Notes under the pieces: generated by a model | What the model saw: the letters and a program-made list of their open reading frames with translations, nothing else | The model's database searches: none | What the model was told of the DNA's origin: nothing | Translations under genes and position numbers: made by a program | Shown: one piece after another, positions 37,041-48,820 of the stretch | How positions within the stretch are numbered: position 1 is the first letter of the stretch | Layout of the letters: every line of letters begins with the position of its first letter | NCBI RefSeq assembly: GCF_001194135.2 | Contig: NC_068984.1 | Location: 34,134,271-34,198,270 of the forward strand | DNA length: 64,000 bases | Source of the DNA: Octopus bimaculoides | Lineage: Eukaryota | Direction: 5' to 3'

Positions 37041-37328
37041 CATGATGATGGCTGCCCCCTCGTTATCGAGTATGGCCATTGCACGAAGCTTAACTTAACA
37101 GTGCTGTGATCGAATGTGACTTTTTAGCCCAGCCAAAGATCTACAATGTCTTGCACAGAGTTGGCATCCAAAACCTTTACTGTCAATAGCTGGCTGTCGT
37201 TGTAATTGGGCTCCATGTACCTTTGTGTGTTGTTTAAGTCCTCCTGCTGAATCACACTCCCTTCCACATGCCCGACAGACATGATTAGTATGGTGTGTAG
37301 CATCATCACCAGCGGCCTATTAGTCAAT
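37041..37328 (-). mobile_element. 5'-truncated LINE 3' end encoding two C2H2 zinc fingers (RTE/BovB-like)
   Basis: Open frame 37316-37095: AAGDDATHHTNHVCRACGRECDSAGGLKQHTKVHGAQLQRQPAIDSKGFGCQLCARHCRSLAGLKSHIRSQHC*. Short UTR ending gcagcc(atc)n; (TACA)n on both sides. Not in the ORF track because this frame has no start codon. Confidence 0.75.
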
Positions 37329-37359
37329 CATACATACATACATACATATACATATATAT

Positions 37360-37555
37360 CATCATCTTCATCATCATCATCATCATCATTTAATATCCAT
37401 TATCTATGCTGGCATAGCTTGGATGGTTTTGACTGAAAACTGACAAGCTGGAGAGCAGCACTAGGTTCCAATCTGAGTTGGCATTATTTCTACAGCTATA
37501 TGCCCTTCTTAATACCAACCACTCCAAGAGTGTAGTGGATGCTTTTTACCTGCCA
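37360..37555 (-). mobile_element. RTE LINE 3' tail
   Basis: (cat)n tttaatatcc..atgctggcatag..tgcccttcttaataccaaccactcc. Confidence 0.75.
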
Positions 37556-38294
37556 AAGAGAGAAGCAGAGTGGGGGAGAGAAAGATGGTAGGCAAGCACA
37601 CAATAATATAGAATGTGGGTGATGGATAAATAACTTTGAATGAATGGGTAACAAGCAATTTAAAAACTTGTGAAGAATCTTGTTGAGAGGAGTTCAGTAA
37701 AGAGTTTTTAGCCAATGAGTGTTTTCAAGCTAAAATTTATCTTCTAATGGACTGATCTGTTATGTTCCTGTAGAATATATGGAACTCAAGCCTATGTAAT
37801 TCTAGGAGAATGAATTTTTATATTAATCCATCCAGCAGTCACTCTCTCTTTGTATATGTGTGTGTATATATATACATATATATATATATATATANNNNNN
37901 NNNNNNNNNNNNNNNNNNNNNNNNNNNNNNNNNNNNNNNNNNNNNNNNNNNNNNNNNNNNNNNNNNNNNNNNNNNNNNNNNNNNNNNNNNNNNNNNNNNN
38001 NNNNNNNNNNNNNNNNNNNNNNNNNNNNNNNNNNNNNNNNNNNNNNNNNNNNNNNNNNNNNNNNNNNNNNNNNNNNNNNNNNNNNNNNNNNNNNNNNNNN
38101 NNNNNNNNNNNATATATATATGTGATGTTTGTATGTGCGTGTGTCCTTTGAAAATGAACAAAAAGGAGATGAAATATGTATTAGATATATGTTGATAGAT
38201 TTTATTTTTCTATTTATTCGAAACTGAGTCATCATTTCAAGGGTTTCATTTCTACTTGAATCTAATGGAAAACTCAGTTTCCTTCAGATAAATG

Positions 38295-38330
38295 CATCCT
38301 CCTCCTCATCATCATCATCATCACCACCAC

Positions 38331-38371
<41 letters not shown>

Positions 38372-38444
38372 CCATCATTATCATCATCACCATCACCATC
38401 ACCACTATCATCATCATCGTCGTCGTCGGCGTCGGCGTCGTTGC

Positions 38445-38511
<67 letters not shown>

Positions 38512-38631
38512 AGCAGCAGCAGCAGCACCACCAGTAGCAGCAGCAGCATTATAGTCGTCATTGCCATCGTTGTCATCTTCATCAGTGTCATTGTCATCGT
38601 TGTTATAACCATTTCCCCATGCGAGCATGGG
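38295..38631. repeat. Compound trinucleotide microsatellite (CAT/CAC/CGT/CAA/CAG) ending in an RTE-tail palindrome
   Basis: Direct; cccatgcgagcatggg at 38616-38631. Confidence 0.9.
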
Positions 38632-38877
38632 CTGTAAGGAGTATTCTCCAGTGTGTCATCTCTCCGTTAGTAGGTCCCCTCAATCAGGACTGATCTGGAT
38701 CTAAACAAAAACATTGATAAGTGTAAGTCCCTTAGTACCTAACCAGTTGAACCTAGTATTTCTCTGTCAACCTTGCTATTTTCACCTGACATTTTATTTA
38801 TTATTATATATTTCTATCTTAGTGCTGTATGTATTATATTGTTCTCTCTCGCTGATAATAAACATTTATGGGAAAAA

Positions 38878-39090
38878 CATCATCATCATCAACATTTTCC
38901 ATACTGGCAAGGGTTGAACGGTTTGACAGCAACTGGCAAGGCCCGGGGCCACACCAGGTTCCATAGTCTGTTTTGGCTTGGTTTCTACACCCAGATGCCC
39001 TTCCAAATACCAGCCACTTTACAGAGTATACTAGGTGCTTTTCACAAGGCACCAGCATCCACACCAATGCATTTTACATGGTACCCTGGT
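38878..39090 (-). mobile_element. RTE LINE 3' tail
   Basis: catcatcatc..ttttccatactggcaagggttg..agatgcccttcc. Confidence 0.75.
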
Positions 39091-40954
39091 ATGTTACAAA
39101 TAACAATATTCATACTGGGATAAGTTTCACATCTTTAGGATACACTACTTAAGGATTAGTGTTGTATTGGTTGGCAAAAAGACTGAAACAGATTGGTTAT
39201 CTCATCATCAAAAGGACCAGTGTACTTATTTGAGTATTCTTTCAGAAAACATCATTTAATGCAGTTTTACAATATGTATTATTTTTAATGAATAGCCAAT
39301 ATATTGTGAATAATCCACTGAAGATTTAATATCAAATTGTAAAAATTTAAAATTTGATGCAATCAGCCTAAATAGTCTGTAACATTTTTGTTTCCAGTGA
39401 CAGAAAATATCTTAAATTGATAATTTGCTTCAAAGAGATTAGTTTGTAATATCAAAACACAAACAGTGAAATCAAAATACAAGATGATATCAGCAAGAAA
39501 TATCACATGATAGAAGGTTGGGTTGTAAGATGGAAGTGATAGCGTTTATTGAAATAACAAACAGACATTGAGCTAGAAAGACATCGTGTTACAGTAGGAG
39601 TTGACAACTATTGCAAGATCAGATGAATGTGGCAATTTCTAAAACAAAATAAGTATGATTTTATTAAATTTACATGAGTAAATATTCATGATGTAAAAAT
39701 GTGAACAACTTTTGAGAAATCAGTGTGGGTTTATATGCTTAATCATCCACATACAGCTATATATCTATTTTGAAGTAACCTGAAAATTATATATTAAATA
39801 TGCTTATTTCAAAATATCACAAATTCATGAGAAAAAGTAATAATGATTAAATATAAAGCAAACACATTTTTTTTTTATTTCTTTATTTGTATTACCTGTT
39901 CCACATATTGGCAAATTTTAACACACAAAGATTATAGATTTTTATTTTAACTAGTATGTAAGAAAATATTTGATTTATGAATGCTACCAATAGGTATTGT
40001 AAATGTTTGAAATTCCATAATTAGAATGTTTCTCTATTTTTCTCTTTCTTCCTATATATTTTTTTTCATTTATTGTTCCTACTTTTTCCTATACATAAAA
40101 TAGTATTATAGATTTCTTTGTGCCAAAAATGCAATACTTTCAGTTGAATATTCTATTTTGGTTATTTAGTTCTTGTTAAAGTAGTGGTCATCTAAAACTA
40201 TAAAGTTGGTAATTTAGTATAGCTGAGAGGAAGAACAATATTCAGATTACTTCTCTCCCTCATTCTGGTTCCCAGCCAAAGCTAATGAACCCAGTCTCAG
40301 CTATTTACATATTTGCAGTGTCAGTGTATTCCTGATGCTTATTTGATTGATATCCTAGAAAACTGTATAAAAGACTAAAGCAATCCTAAATCGACATAAA
40401 TATATAAGCTTATGATTCAAAGCTCTGCAATTTTATTACTTGATTAAGGAGTTATGACAGCCAAGATGAAAGGGTTCTAGCCTATCAGCTATAGAGTAAT
40501 AAAGGTGTATTGTAATACTATTGTACTGTTATAACCTGGAGAGGGCACTGTGCCATTCTTGCTCTCCATACACATCAGCAGAGCAGGTAAGACTTAAACT
40601 GAAACTAACATTAAATTGATGAGTAGTGGTTTACAATGCCAAGATAAATAGAAACCTTATATTAAATATTGAATGAGTAAATGACTGAATTTATGGATGA
40701 ACCACTTAATAAATTTTCCAAACTTGGATGTAATTTATTCTTGTCAAGTATGAGAGTATAGCAACACCCATGCACACACTCACGTATGCACACATGCATG
40801 CATGCATACACACACACATACATATGCGCACACACCTGAAATGAAAGTTTAGATTTTGTTAAGTCAGAGATTGAAGAAGAAAGGATTAATTGTTATAAGT
40901 TAGTTAACAATAATAGTCTCAAATTTTGGCATAAACTTGCAAGTTCAGGATAAG

Positions 40955-41125
40955 GATAAGTTGGTTACATCAACCCCAGTGCTCAACTGGTACTTATTCT
41001 ATTGACCAAGAAGGATGAAAGACAAAGACAACTTTGGCAGAATTTGAACTCAGAATGTAAGGATGGTGGAAATGCCACTAAGCATTTTGCCTGGTATGCT
41101 AACAATTCTGCCAGCTCATCACCTT
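40955..41125 (-). mobile_element. tRNA-headed SINE family D
   Basis: Minus: tgagctggcagaattgttagc..attctgagttcaaattc (B box)..ctttcatccttc..aataagtaccagttgagcactgggg. Decayed relatives near 1370-1480, 44540-44650, 45650-45790 and 51640-51810. Confidence 0.75.
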
Positions 41126-42121
41126 GTGTTAGTTAGCAATATTGCTAGCTAAGCAACAGCCACATATTCTTATCTCTGGAACTTTGGTACTCAATAAAAA
41201 ATTTTAGACAGCATACAAAGAGAGGACATGGAGTCGCTTATAAAAATTCATCCATACAAGACTTTTATTCACTATTATTCTTCCAGTGATTCCAGTACAC
41301 CGCTTTTACACCCATAGTTTTCAGTCACCAGATTTCATACCATAATGGCTACCTCTGATGAGTACTAGGTTACATAATTGAACTGTTACCTAACACTCCA
41401 TTGAACCCCTAATGCAAAATCAATTGGTAAGATCAGCTGTAATGGATATATAATACTGTACGTCTCAATTATATATTTATTTCTTACATTATATATATTT
41501 ATGTCTTACAGGCATTAGTTATGAAGTATACATCAACATCATTGTCATCATCATCATTTTATATCTGCACTACAATGTTGGTATGCATTAGTCCCCTTTT
41601 TTTAAGTCTTGTGTGTGTGTGTGTGTGTGCGCATGCATGTGTGTTTGTGTATACATATATAATCCAAAACCTGAAAGAGATGCACTTCTGTTAGCGGTCT
41701 GAGTGCCCTTTCTTTTGTTTGTCCATTTGTTCATATATATGTATATANNNNNNNNNNNNNNNNNNNNNNNNNNNNNNNNNNNNNNNNNNNNNNNNNNNNN
41801 NNNNNNNNNNNNNNNNNNNNNNNNNNNNNNNNNNNNNNNNNNNNNNNNNNNNNNNNNNNNNNNNNNNNNNNNNNNNNNNNNNNNNNNNNNNNNNNNNNNN
41901 NNNNNNNNNNNNNNNNNNNNNNNNNNNNNNNNNNNNNNNNNNNNNNNNNNNNNNNNNNNNNNNNNNNNNNNNNNNNNNNNNNNNNNNNNNNNNNNNNNNN
42001 NNNNNNNNNNNNNNNNNNNNNNNNNNNNNNNNNNNNNNNNNNNNNNNNNNNNNNNNNNNNNNNNNNNNNNNNNNNNNNNNNNNNNNNNNNNNNNNNNNNN
42101 NNNNNNNNNNNNNNNNNNNNN

Positions 42122-42171
<50 letters not shown>

Positions 42172-42202
42172 CATTATATATATAATATATATATATATAT
42201 AA

Positions 42203-42310
42203 TCAGATTGGAGCCTGTGCAGCTACTGGCTCTCCAGACCTCAGTCAAACCATTGAACCCATGCCAGCATGGAAAATGGATGTTAAACAATGATGATTAT
42301 GATGATGATG
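42203..42310 (+). mobile_element. RTE LINE 3' tail fragment
   Basis: cagattggagcctgtgcag..ccatgccagcatggaaaatggatgttaaac..gatgatgat. Confidence 0.78.
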
Positions 42311-43752
42311 GATTCAACACAAGAGAGTAGTACTAGCTTATATATTAAATATCTCCATTATAGATTCCAGCTTCTTCTCATTTCCAGGTGATTCCACACT
42401 GAAGAACTCTGAGATGTGATAGGAGAAATACTCAACAGAACACTTAAAAATCGAACATTTCCATAGTAAACAAATTTAATTCAATTAAGTTGATGTGTTA
42501 GGTCAAACCTTATCAGATATTCTCAGACTCTACTATCTTACGTACTTGAAAAATTCATTAGAAAGAATAAGCAGCAACAACATTTTTTTGTTGTCTAGCT
42601 GCATGTAAACATTGATCAAGCAGGTGTTCCAAACATGACCAGCCCATCTTTCGAACAGTACAAGCAACTACATTTTTTAATGTTTAAGACAGCCAGATTT
42701 GACTGGAGAGAGATCTGGTTGCTATTTCTATTTGATTAAGTGGCTATTCATAGGTTTCTTAACTGTCTGCTGTGATACCTGTTTTTCTTTGTTTACAAGA
42801 AAGTTCTGCCAAATTATTTTCTCTTGAATGCTGTGTTGTTTTCATCTGTGACTTTTATTAAGTATCAATCTTGTTCATTCACAGTTACAACTGTCTCAAT
42901 ACCTGCCTAGAAACCATTCTACAATCCATCCCATGAAATAAAGTGTAGCAGTGCAGCTGTATAAAGGTTAGAAAGGCTTAATCTATAGAAATAAAGCAGT
43001 GTGACAATCCAGACATGTTTAATATAAAAAGAAAAGCAGATACTGTAATAGAACCTATGGGTTATATCAGATAATTCCTATCAAGTGTGGAGTAAATGTA
43101 GCACTTATTAGCTGAATGTCTTGCCACTTTTACTTGTCAAAAGGGGATTTGAAAGATTTGAAGTCTTCTTCATTTCAGTAAGACCTTCAACACATATTCT
43201 CCTTGAAATCAAAGATAATAGGGAAAATTTGATGACTGTCAGAGGTTTAACTTGAATCAATGGGTTGTCCCTTATGCTGTTCTTGTTGTTCAGCTTCTGG
43301 TCAACCCTGACCAGCCTAAGATCCAAAGTATTCTATGGAAATACGTTTTTTTCTATTTTCCAGATATCATGGGTTCTTTTAAGACTACTGTATATAAATT
43401 GAAGGAGGCTTGACTGCCATTTTTAGCAGATCATATTGCTGCATAGGAACAACTTCCCCTAAAAGCAGGGAGAAGATATTTGCTTAGATTCCTATAATAA
43501 ACTTAATTAGATTAGAGGAATTTTTTTGCTTTTAGCAGAATCCTATGCATATATCTTTATTGGCAAAATTGTTAAAGCAGCAGATAAAATATCTTGCTAT
43601 ATTTATTTGGGCCTTTATGTTCTTGGGTGCAACCCCTTGAAGAGATTTGAACTTAGAACTTTGTCTTTTAACATTTTGGAGATGATAAAATGGGACTGAT
43701 GATGTTGACTAATCTTCTTCCTCTGAATTTCAGGCCTCATGCCTACGTAAGA

Positions 43753-43895
<143 letters not shown>

Positions 43896-44436
43896 ACCAG
43901 ATAGTGGTTCTCATGGCTTCTTATCTTAACTGATTGGAGGTGCTATCGTGTACATTGTTTTGTCTTGGTATAAAAGATGGGCTACAGCAAATATTCTGCT
44001 CAATACCACAGACTTGCTTGTCAGTTGCTTGATCTTAACCAGTTGAGCATGTCCCTTAGTGGCTGACAATATGTGCATCTCTGATAAGGAGCAGAAGTAG
44101 TGGGGGAGCATCATAGTCATGTGTTGAGAGGAATTCTTTGTGGTTTGGATAATTCACCTTTGGAAACATGGGTATTTCGTTTGACATTCTCAAACAACCT
44201 TTATTCAAGGACCTTTTGAGCAGGATGGGCTACTCGACATGAAGAAAATTCTAGCTGGGATCCACCTGCAAGGTCATGCGCTGTTTATCTTGATATGAGA
44301 CCACTATGTCGTGCACATATGGTTGTGATGCATGTGCCTGGTGTACCCTTATCAGACGGGTAGTCATGATGGGTATACTGGGCTTCGTATATTTTACCCC
44401 AGTGTCACTTTGATGGCATGCACTGCTCTCTCATTC

Positions 44437-44485
<49 letters not shown>

Positions 44486-47185
44486 TTAGTTTTAGTAGTA
44501 ATATTAGTATTAATATTCATATTATTATTAAGAATGATAAATGGCAGAATTGATAGGTTATTGAATGTCCCGTTATCTACTGAATTCAGATATGGCAATT
44601 GACCTTGCCTTTCATCCTTACATGTTCAATAAAACAAGTAACTTTAATAATGGAGTTGATTAAAGTGACAATATTCTTCCTACAATGTGTGTAGCCTCAT
44701 ACTTGTCATTATTTTAATATTGTACACACATACGCTAAATACATATACTCAGTCATACCCACAAACATATTTATCACAATATATAGTATATTCATATATT
44801 TTAATGATGCTAAACATCTGCACTATTCTTTAAGTCTCCTCAATTAATTCTGCCTTCCCACTACGTGAATTGTCCTTGTTCTGAAAAATGAAATAACTAT
44901 GGTTATATATATATTTTTTTTTTTTTTTAGCAATTTGATGTTATTGGTAACCTTTTCCTAGTATTTTATTCATTTTCTGCTAATTACATCGAATGAAATA
45001 CTATTTTCTTTTCTTTTGTATTTTACTGATTTTTTAAAATTCTTTCTTAGATTTTGTTTTCACATCTCTTGTGTACAGAATACAAATAATTTTTGCAGCT
45101 TCTCTACTTAAGATCAATAATGAAAGAAATATAAATTTTTAAAAAACTGATGAAGTAAAACCCTATAGCACCAATAAATTTTAGAAATTTTTACATAATG
45201 AGTTTTTAAGAAAATTCATGTTATTGTCATTTGCAAATATCTCAGAGAGTAGAAGCAGCTCTTGATGCAGGAAATGGCATAAGAATTTATACTAATGAGC
45301 TAAACGAAGAGAAGGTAACTGTCTTTTATGGATTTAGTAGTCAGCTAATAGGGATGTAAGATGCGTTGATAAATTGTTGTTGCTTAGCAAGAATTGATAA
45401 AGCAGAACGAATGTGAAGCAAACTAGAAAGAATGCATGAAATGCTCATTAGCATTTCTAGATCTAGAATTTAATCTGCTGTTCAGATCTATCCCTTTATC
45501 CTTGGGTCCCTTCAACAAGATCCATTCTGTTGTAATCATTAGTACTGGACTTTCAATCAAAGGATAACTTAATACCCTAATATGTTGCCTCCAACCATTG
45601 CAATACATGGATCATAGTGTTCTTCCTCCCTACATACTTCACCATGATGGTTAAATGGCTGACTTGTTACAGTGTTCAGTAGAATGCACTGTGATATTTG
45701 TTCTGGTTTTCTGTACCCTCAGTTCAAATCCTACAAAGGTCCATTTTGCTTTTCATCCTTTAGGAATCAATAAAAAAAATGTACTACCCCAGTACTAGTG
45801 CACCCCTCTCTTCTTCCAGGTTATTACCTCAGGGATGTTTCACTGAATCAAAGATGGGAAGGCCGGCCAAGAGGGTGTCTGTGTTTGGTCATGACTTCAT
45901 AACCCCTTGGAACAATTAGTAAGAGCATTGTATATGTTACCAATACTCTCTCGCAAGTTATGGCCATAGTTTATCACTTATCCTGGAGGCCCTAGAAAGA
46001 GGTCCTCTGACTAAGTCATGCAACAAATATTCTTCCCATAACTTTAAATACAGTATCCAAGAATGATTTTAGCTTTTCTAACATCCTCACCAGAGGGACA
46101 TTGGTAATATTGATGGGGTAATAGTCCACCAGATCATATGTCTTAAGTACATAGCAAACTTACTTTAGTTTGTATAATTAGGATTTCACACATTATCCAA
46201 TCATTGTTGTTACTGTTTTGTCCCATGAATCCTACATTGTCCAAGGTGTCCTTTCTATTTTCAGCCAATAATTTTCAATCAGTTTATATTTTCAGAATTA
46301 AAGGATAAGTAAATTTTCTGTTTGTTATGTCAAGTCATGATGTAGCTGACAAAAAAGGTTTAATGGACTACAGTAATTAATATTAATTATTATCCAGATG
46401 ATAAAAATTATGTTTTATTAGGAAGGTGGACTTAATAATAAGTTTAGTAATCAGTATTTATTACCTTTGTGGGAGATTTAGTTGGTATCTCTAGAATGCT
46501 GAGGAACCATATAGAAGCTTCCTTATTTGTTCCTATTAATTGCTATTACCATTATTTTTACTGGTTAGCCCCCTGATGAACCTGGAATGAATGGAGAATG
46601 TTCCAGCTGTGATACACAACGTTTTGTATATTTACTGTTTGTCCACTTTCCAATGTGTTTTTCTATTTTAATATGATAGGACATGAATGTAGGGAAATTT
46701 TGGCTGCTATTTCAAGCAGGTCAAAACAAACTTGCAAATTCATTTTTTTTTTTCTTGCTTTATGATATCATTACTGATATAGAATTTATATATCTTTTGG
46801 TAAACATTAGATGTATGATAGATTCAATATTACTGGCTATTTCTATGCCATTGATCTACGTGCAAATCTAATTATTAAATATTTTAAAACCTCATCAGAA
46901 TCCAATTATTAGAATTCAGATGAGGTTTTGCAATATTTAATATTTCCATTTGCAAACAAATCATTGACATATAAATATACTGAAATCAAAACTGCCTCAT
47001 CCCTTGCCTGCTATTTTTCCTGTCAAAGAATAACAACCAGTGAAATATGCAACAACCATCAAATTGATCAGCAGATTGCATCGAGTTACTGGCACAAAGT
47101 GTCTTCATGGCTGAGACACTGCTGTTTAAGTCCAAAACATATCCAACCATGACTATCCTGTTTTATTCTTAAACAATTTACATAT

Positions 47186-47628
47186 GGCGTAGGAGTGACT
47201 GTGTGGTAAGTAGCTTGCTTACAAACCACATGGTTCCGGGTTCAGTCCCACTGCATGGCACCTTGGGCAAGTGTCTTCTGCTAGAGCCTTGGGCCGACCA
47301 AAGCCTTGTGAGTGGATTTGGTAGACGGAAACTGAAAGAAGCCCGTCGTATATATGTATATGTGTGTATGTGTGTGTGTATGTGCACGCGCGTGTGTGTG
47401 TGTATGCATGTGTTTGTGTGTCTGTGTTTGTCCCCCCCCCACATCGCTTGACAACCGATGCTGGTGTGTTTACATCCCCGTAACTTAGCAGTTCAGCAAA
47501 AGATACCAATAGAATAAGTACTAGGCTTACATAGAATAAGTCCTGGGGTCGATTTGCTCAACTAAAGGTGGTGCTCTAGCATGGCCACAGTCAAATGACT
47601 GAAACAAGTAAAAAAGTAAAAGAGTAAA
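47186..47628 (+). mobile_element. SINE family A, full length
   Basis: ggcgtaggagtgactgtgtggtaag through gaaacaagtaaaaaagtaaaagagtaaag. Confidence 0.92.
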
Positions 47629-47931
47629 GTGTATAAGCTGCAATAGTTAATACCTTTATCTTTTCTGTAATATGGCTCGGTGTGAGTGAAAGGAGATTTG
47701 GTTGCTATTTCTAGCAATCTTCTCAAAAGTAGAAGCTTCTCATTAGCCTATAGCTGATGAACTTAAATGTCAAGTGTTATGTTATACACTAGCATATGCT
47801 ATAGCATCAATGTAGAAAGAGATGACAAGTATTTCAATGGTGTGTAGTACTGTGTTCATTTCTTCCATTAACAAAAGCTGTTTGTGACTGACTAGTAATC
47901 TAATTAGTAGGAAATCTTATCTCTTAATTTC

Positions 47932-48256
47932 TATCTTTTACTTGTTTCAGTCATTAGACTGCAGCCATGCTGGGGCACCACCTTGAAGAATTTTAGTTGA
48001 ATGAATTACCCATCCAGTACTTTTTTGATTTTTCTTCTTAAGCCTGATACTTATTCTATCAGTCACATTTGCCAGACTGCTAAGTTATGGGGACATAAAC
48101 ACACCAACAATAGATGTCAGGCTGTGATGGGAGAATACATACAGACACAAACAGACATACACACACACATGACAAGCCTCTTTCAGTTTCTGTCTACCAA
48201 ATCCACTCACAAGGTTTTGGTCAGTCTGAGGCTATAGTAGAAGACACTTGCCCAAG
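47932..48256 (-). mobile_element. SINE family A, 5'-truncated
   Basis: ttttacttgtttcagtcattagactgcagccatgctgggg..gacacttgcccaag. Confidence 0.82.
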
Positions 48257-48399
48257 TCTCCTGGATGATTGTGTTTTGCAAAATATTACCTTAGCTTAAC
48301 TCTCAACTGATTAGTTGCTAGTGTGTCACAAAACCATTTTGCTTCAATTAGAACTTCGTCATACACTTCATCAATGCATAATTTCACAGAAACAAAAAG

Positions 48400-48573
48400 A
48401 TGCAGTTGTGGCTATGTGGTAAGACGCTTTTCACTGCATGGCCCTTTGAGCAAGTATCTTCTACTAAAGCCCTAGGCTGACCAAAGACTTGTGAGTGGAT
48501 TTGGCAGATAGAAACTGAAAGAACCTTGTCATATGTGTATGTGTCTGTGTGTGTGTGTGTGTGTGTGCGTATG

Positions 48574-48608
<35 letters not shown>

Positions 48609-48820
48609 GTATGTGTGTATGTGTGTTTGTGCCTTTCCTCACCACAGCTTGACAACCAATGTTGGTTTGTTTATGTCCCCATAACTTAGTGGTTTGGTAT
48701 AAGCGGCTGATAGAATAAGTACCAGGCTTTAGAAAATAAGTGTTGGGGGTTGATGCATTAGAGTAAGACCCTACAAGGGGTGCTCAAGCGTGGCCACAGT
48801 CCAATAATTGACACAGGTAA
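48400..48820 (+). mobile_element. SINE family A (diverged)
   Basis: gtggctatgtggtaag..gagtggatttgg..(GT)n..gtggccacagtc. Confidence 0.8.

Noticed and set aside
37095-37316. Host C2H2-ZNF gene exon
   Set aside because: No TGEKP-type linker, no pyrimidine tract, and a retro-type tail with microsatellite flanks favour a LINE origin.
38274-38628. Poly-H/Q, poly-D and poly-M ORFs
   Set aside because: Translations of a trinucleotide microsatellite, open in several frames; likewise the YI, HT, CV, SL and X-containing ORFs.
41350-41400. Hammerhead ribozyme (CTGATGAG...GAAC-stem)
   Set aside because: GAAA and the cleavage triplet are altered and no stem I partner exists; at most a decayed Penelope-type motif.
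43255-43275. Helitron-like peptide NQWVVPY
   Set aside because: Seven-residue resemblance only; flanking translation does not continue the Rep/helicase pattern.
46572-46620. Hammerhead-like CTGATGA followed by a ctggaa/ttccag stem
   Set aside because: No GAAA after stem II and no stems I or III.
46886-46929. Small hairpin aaaacctcatc...gatgaggtttt
   Set aside because: An 11-bp stem in AT-rich DNA is within chance expectation for 64 kb.
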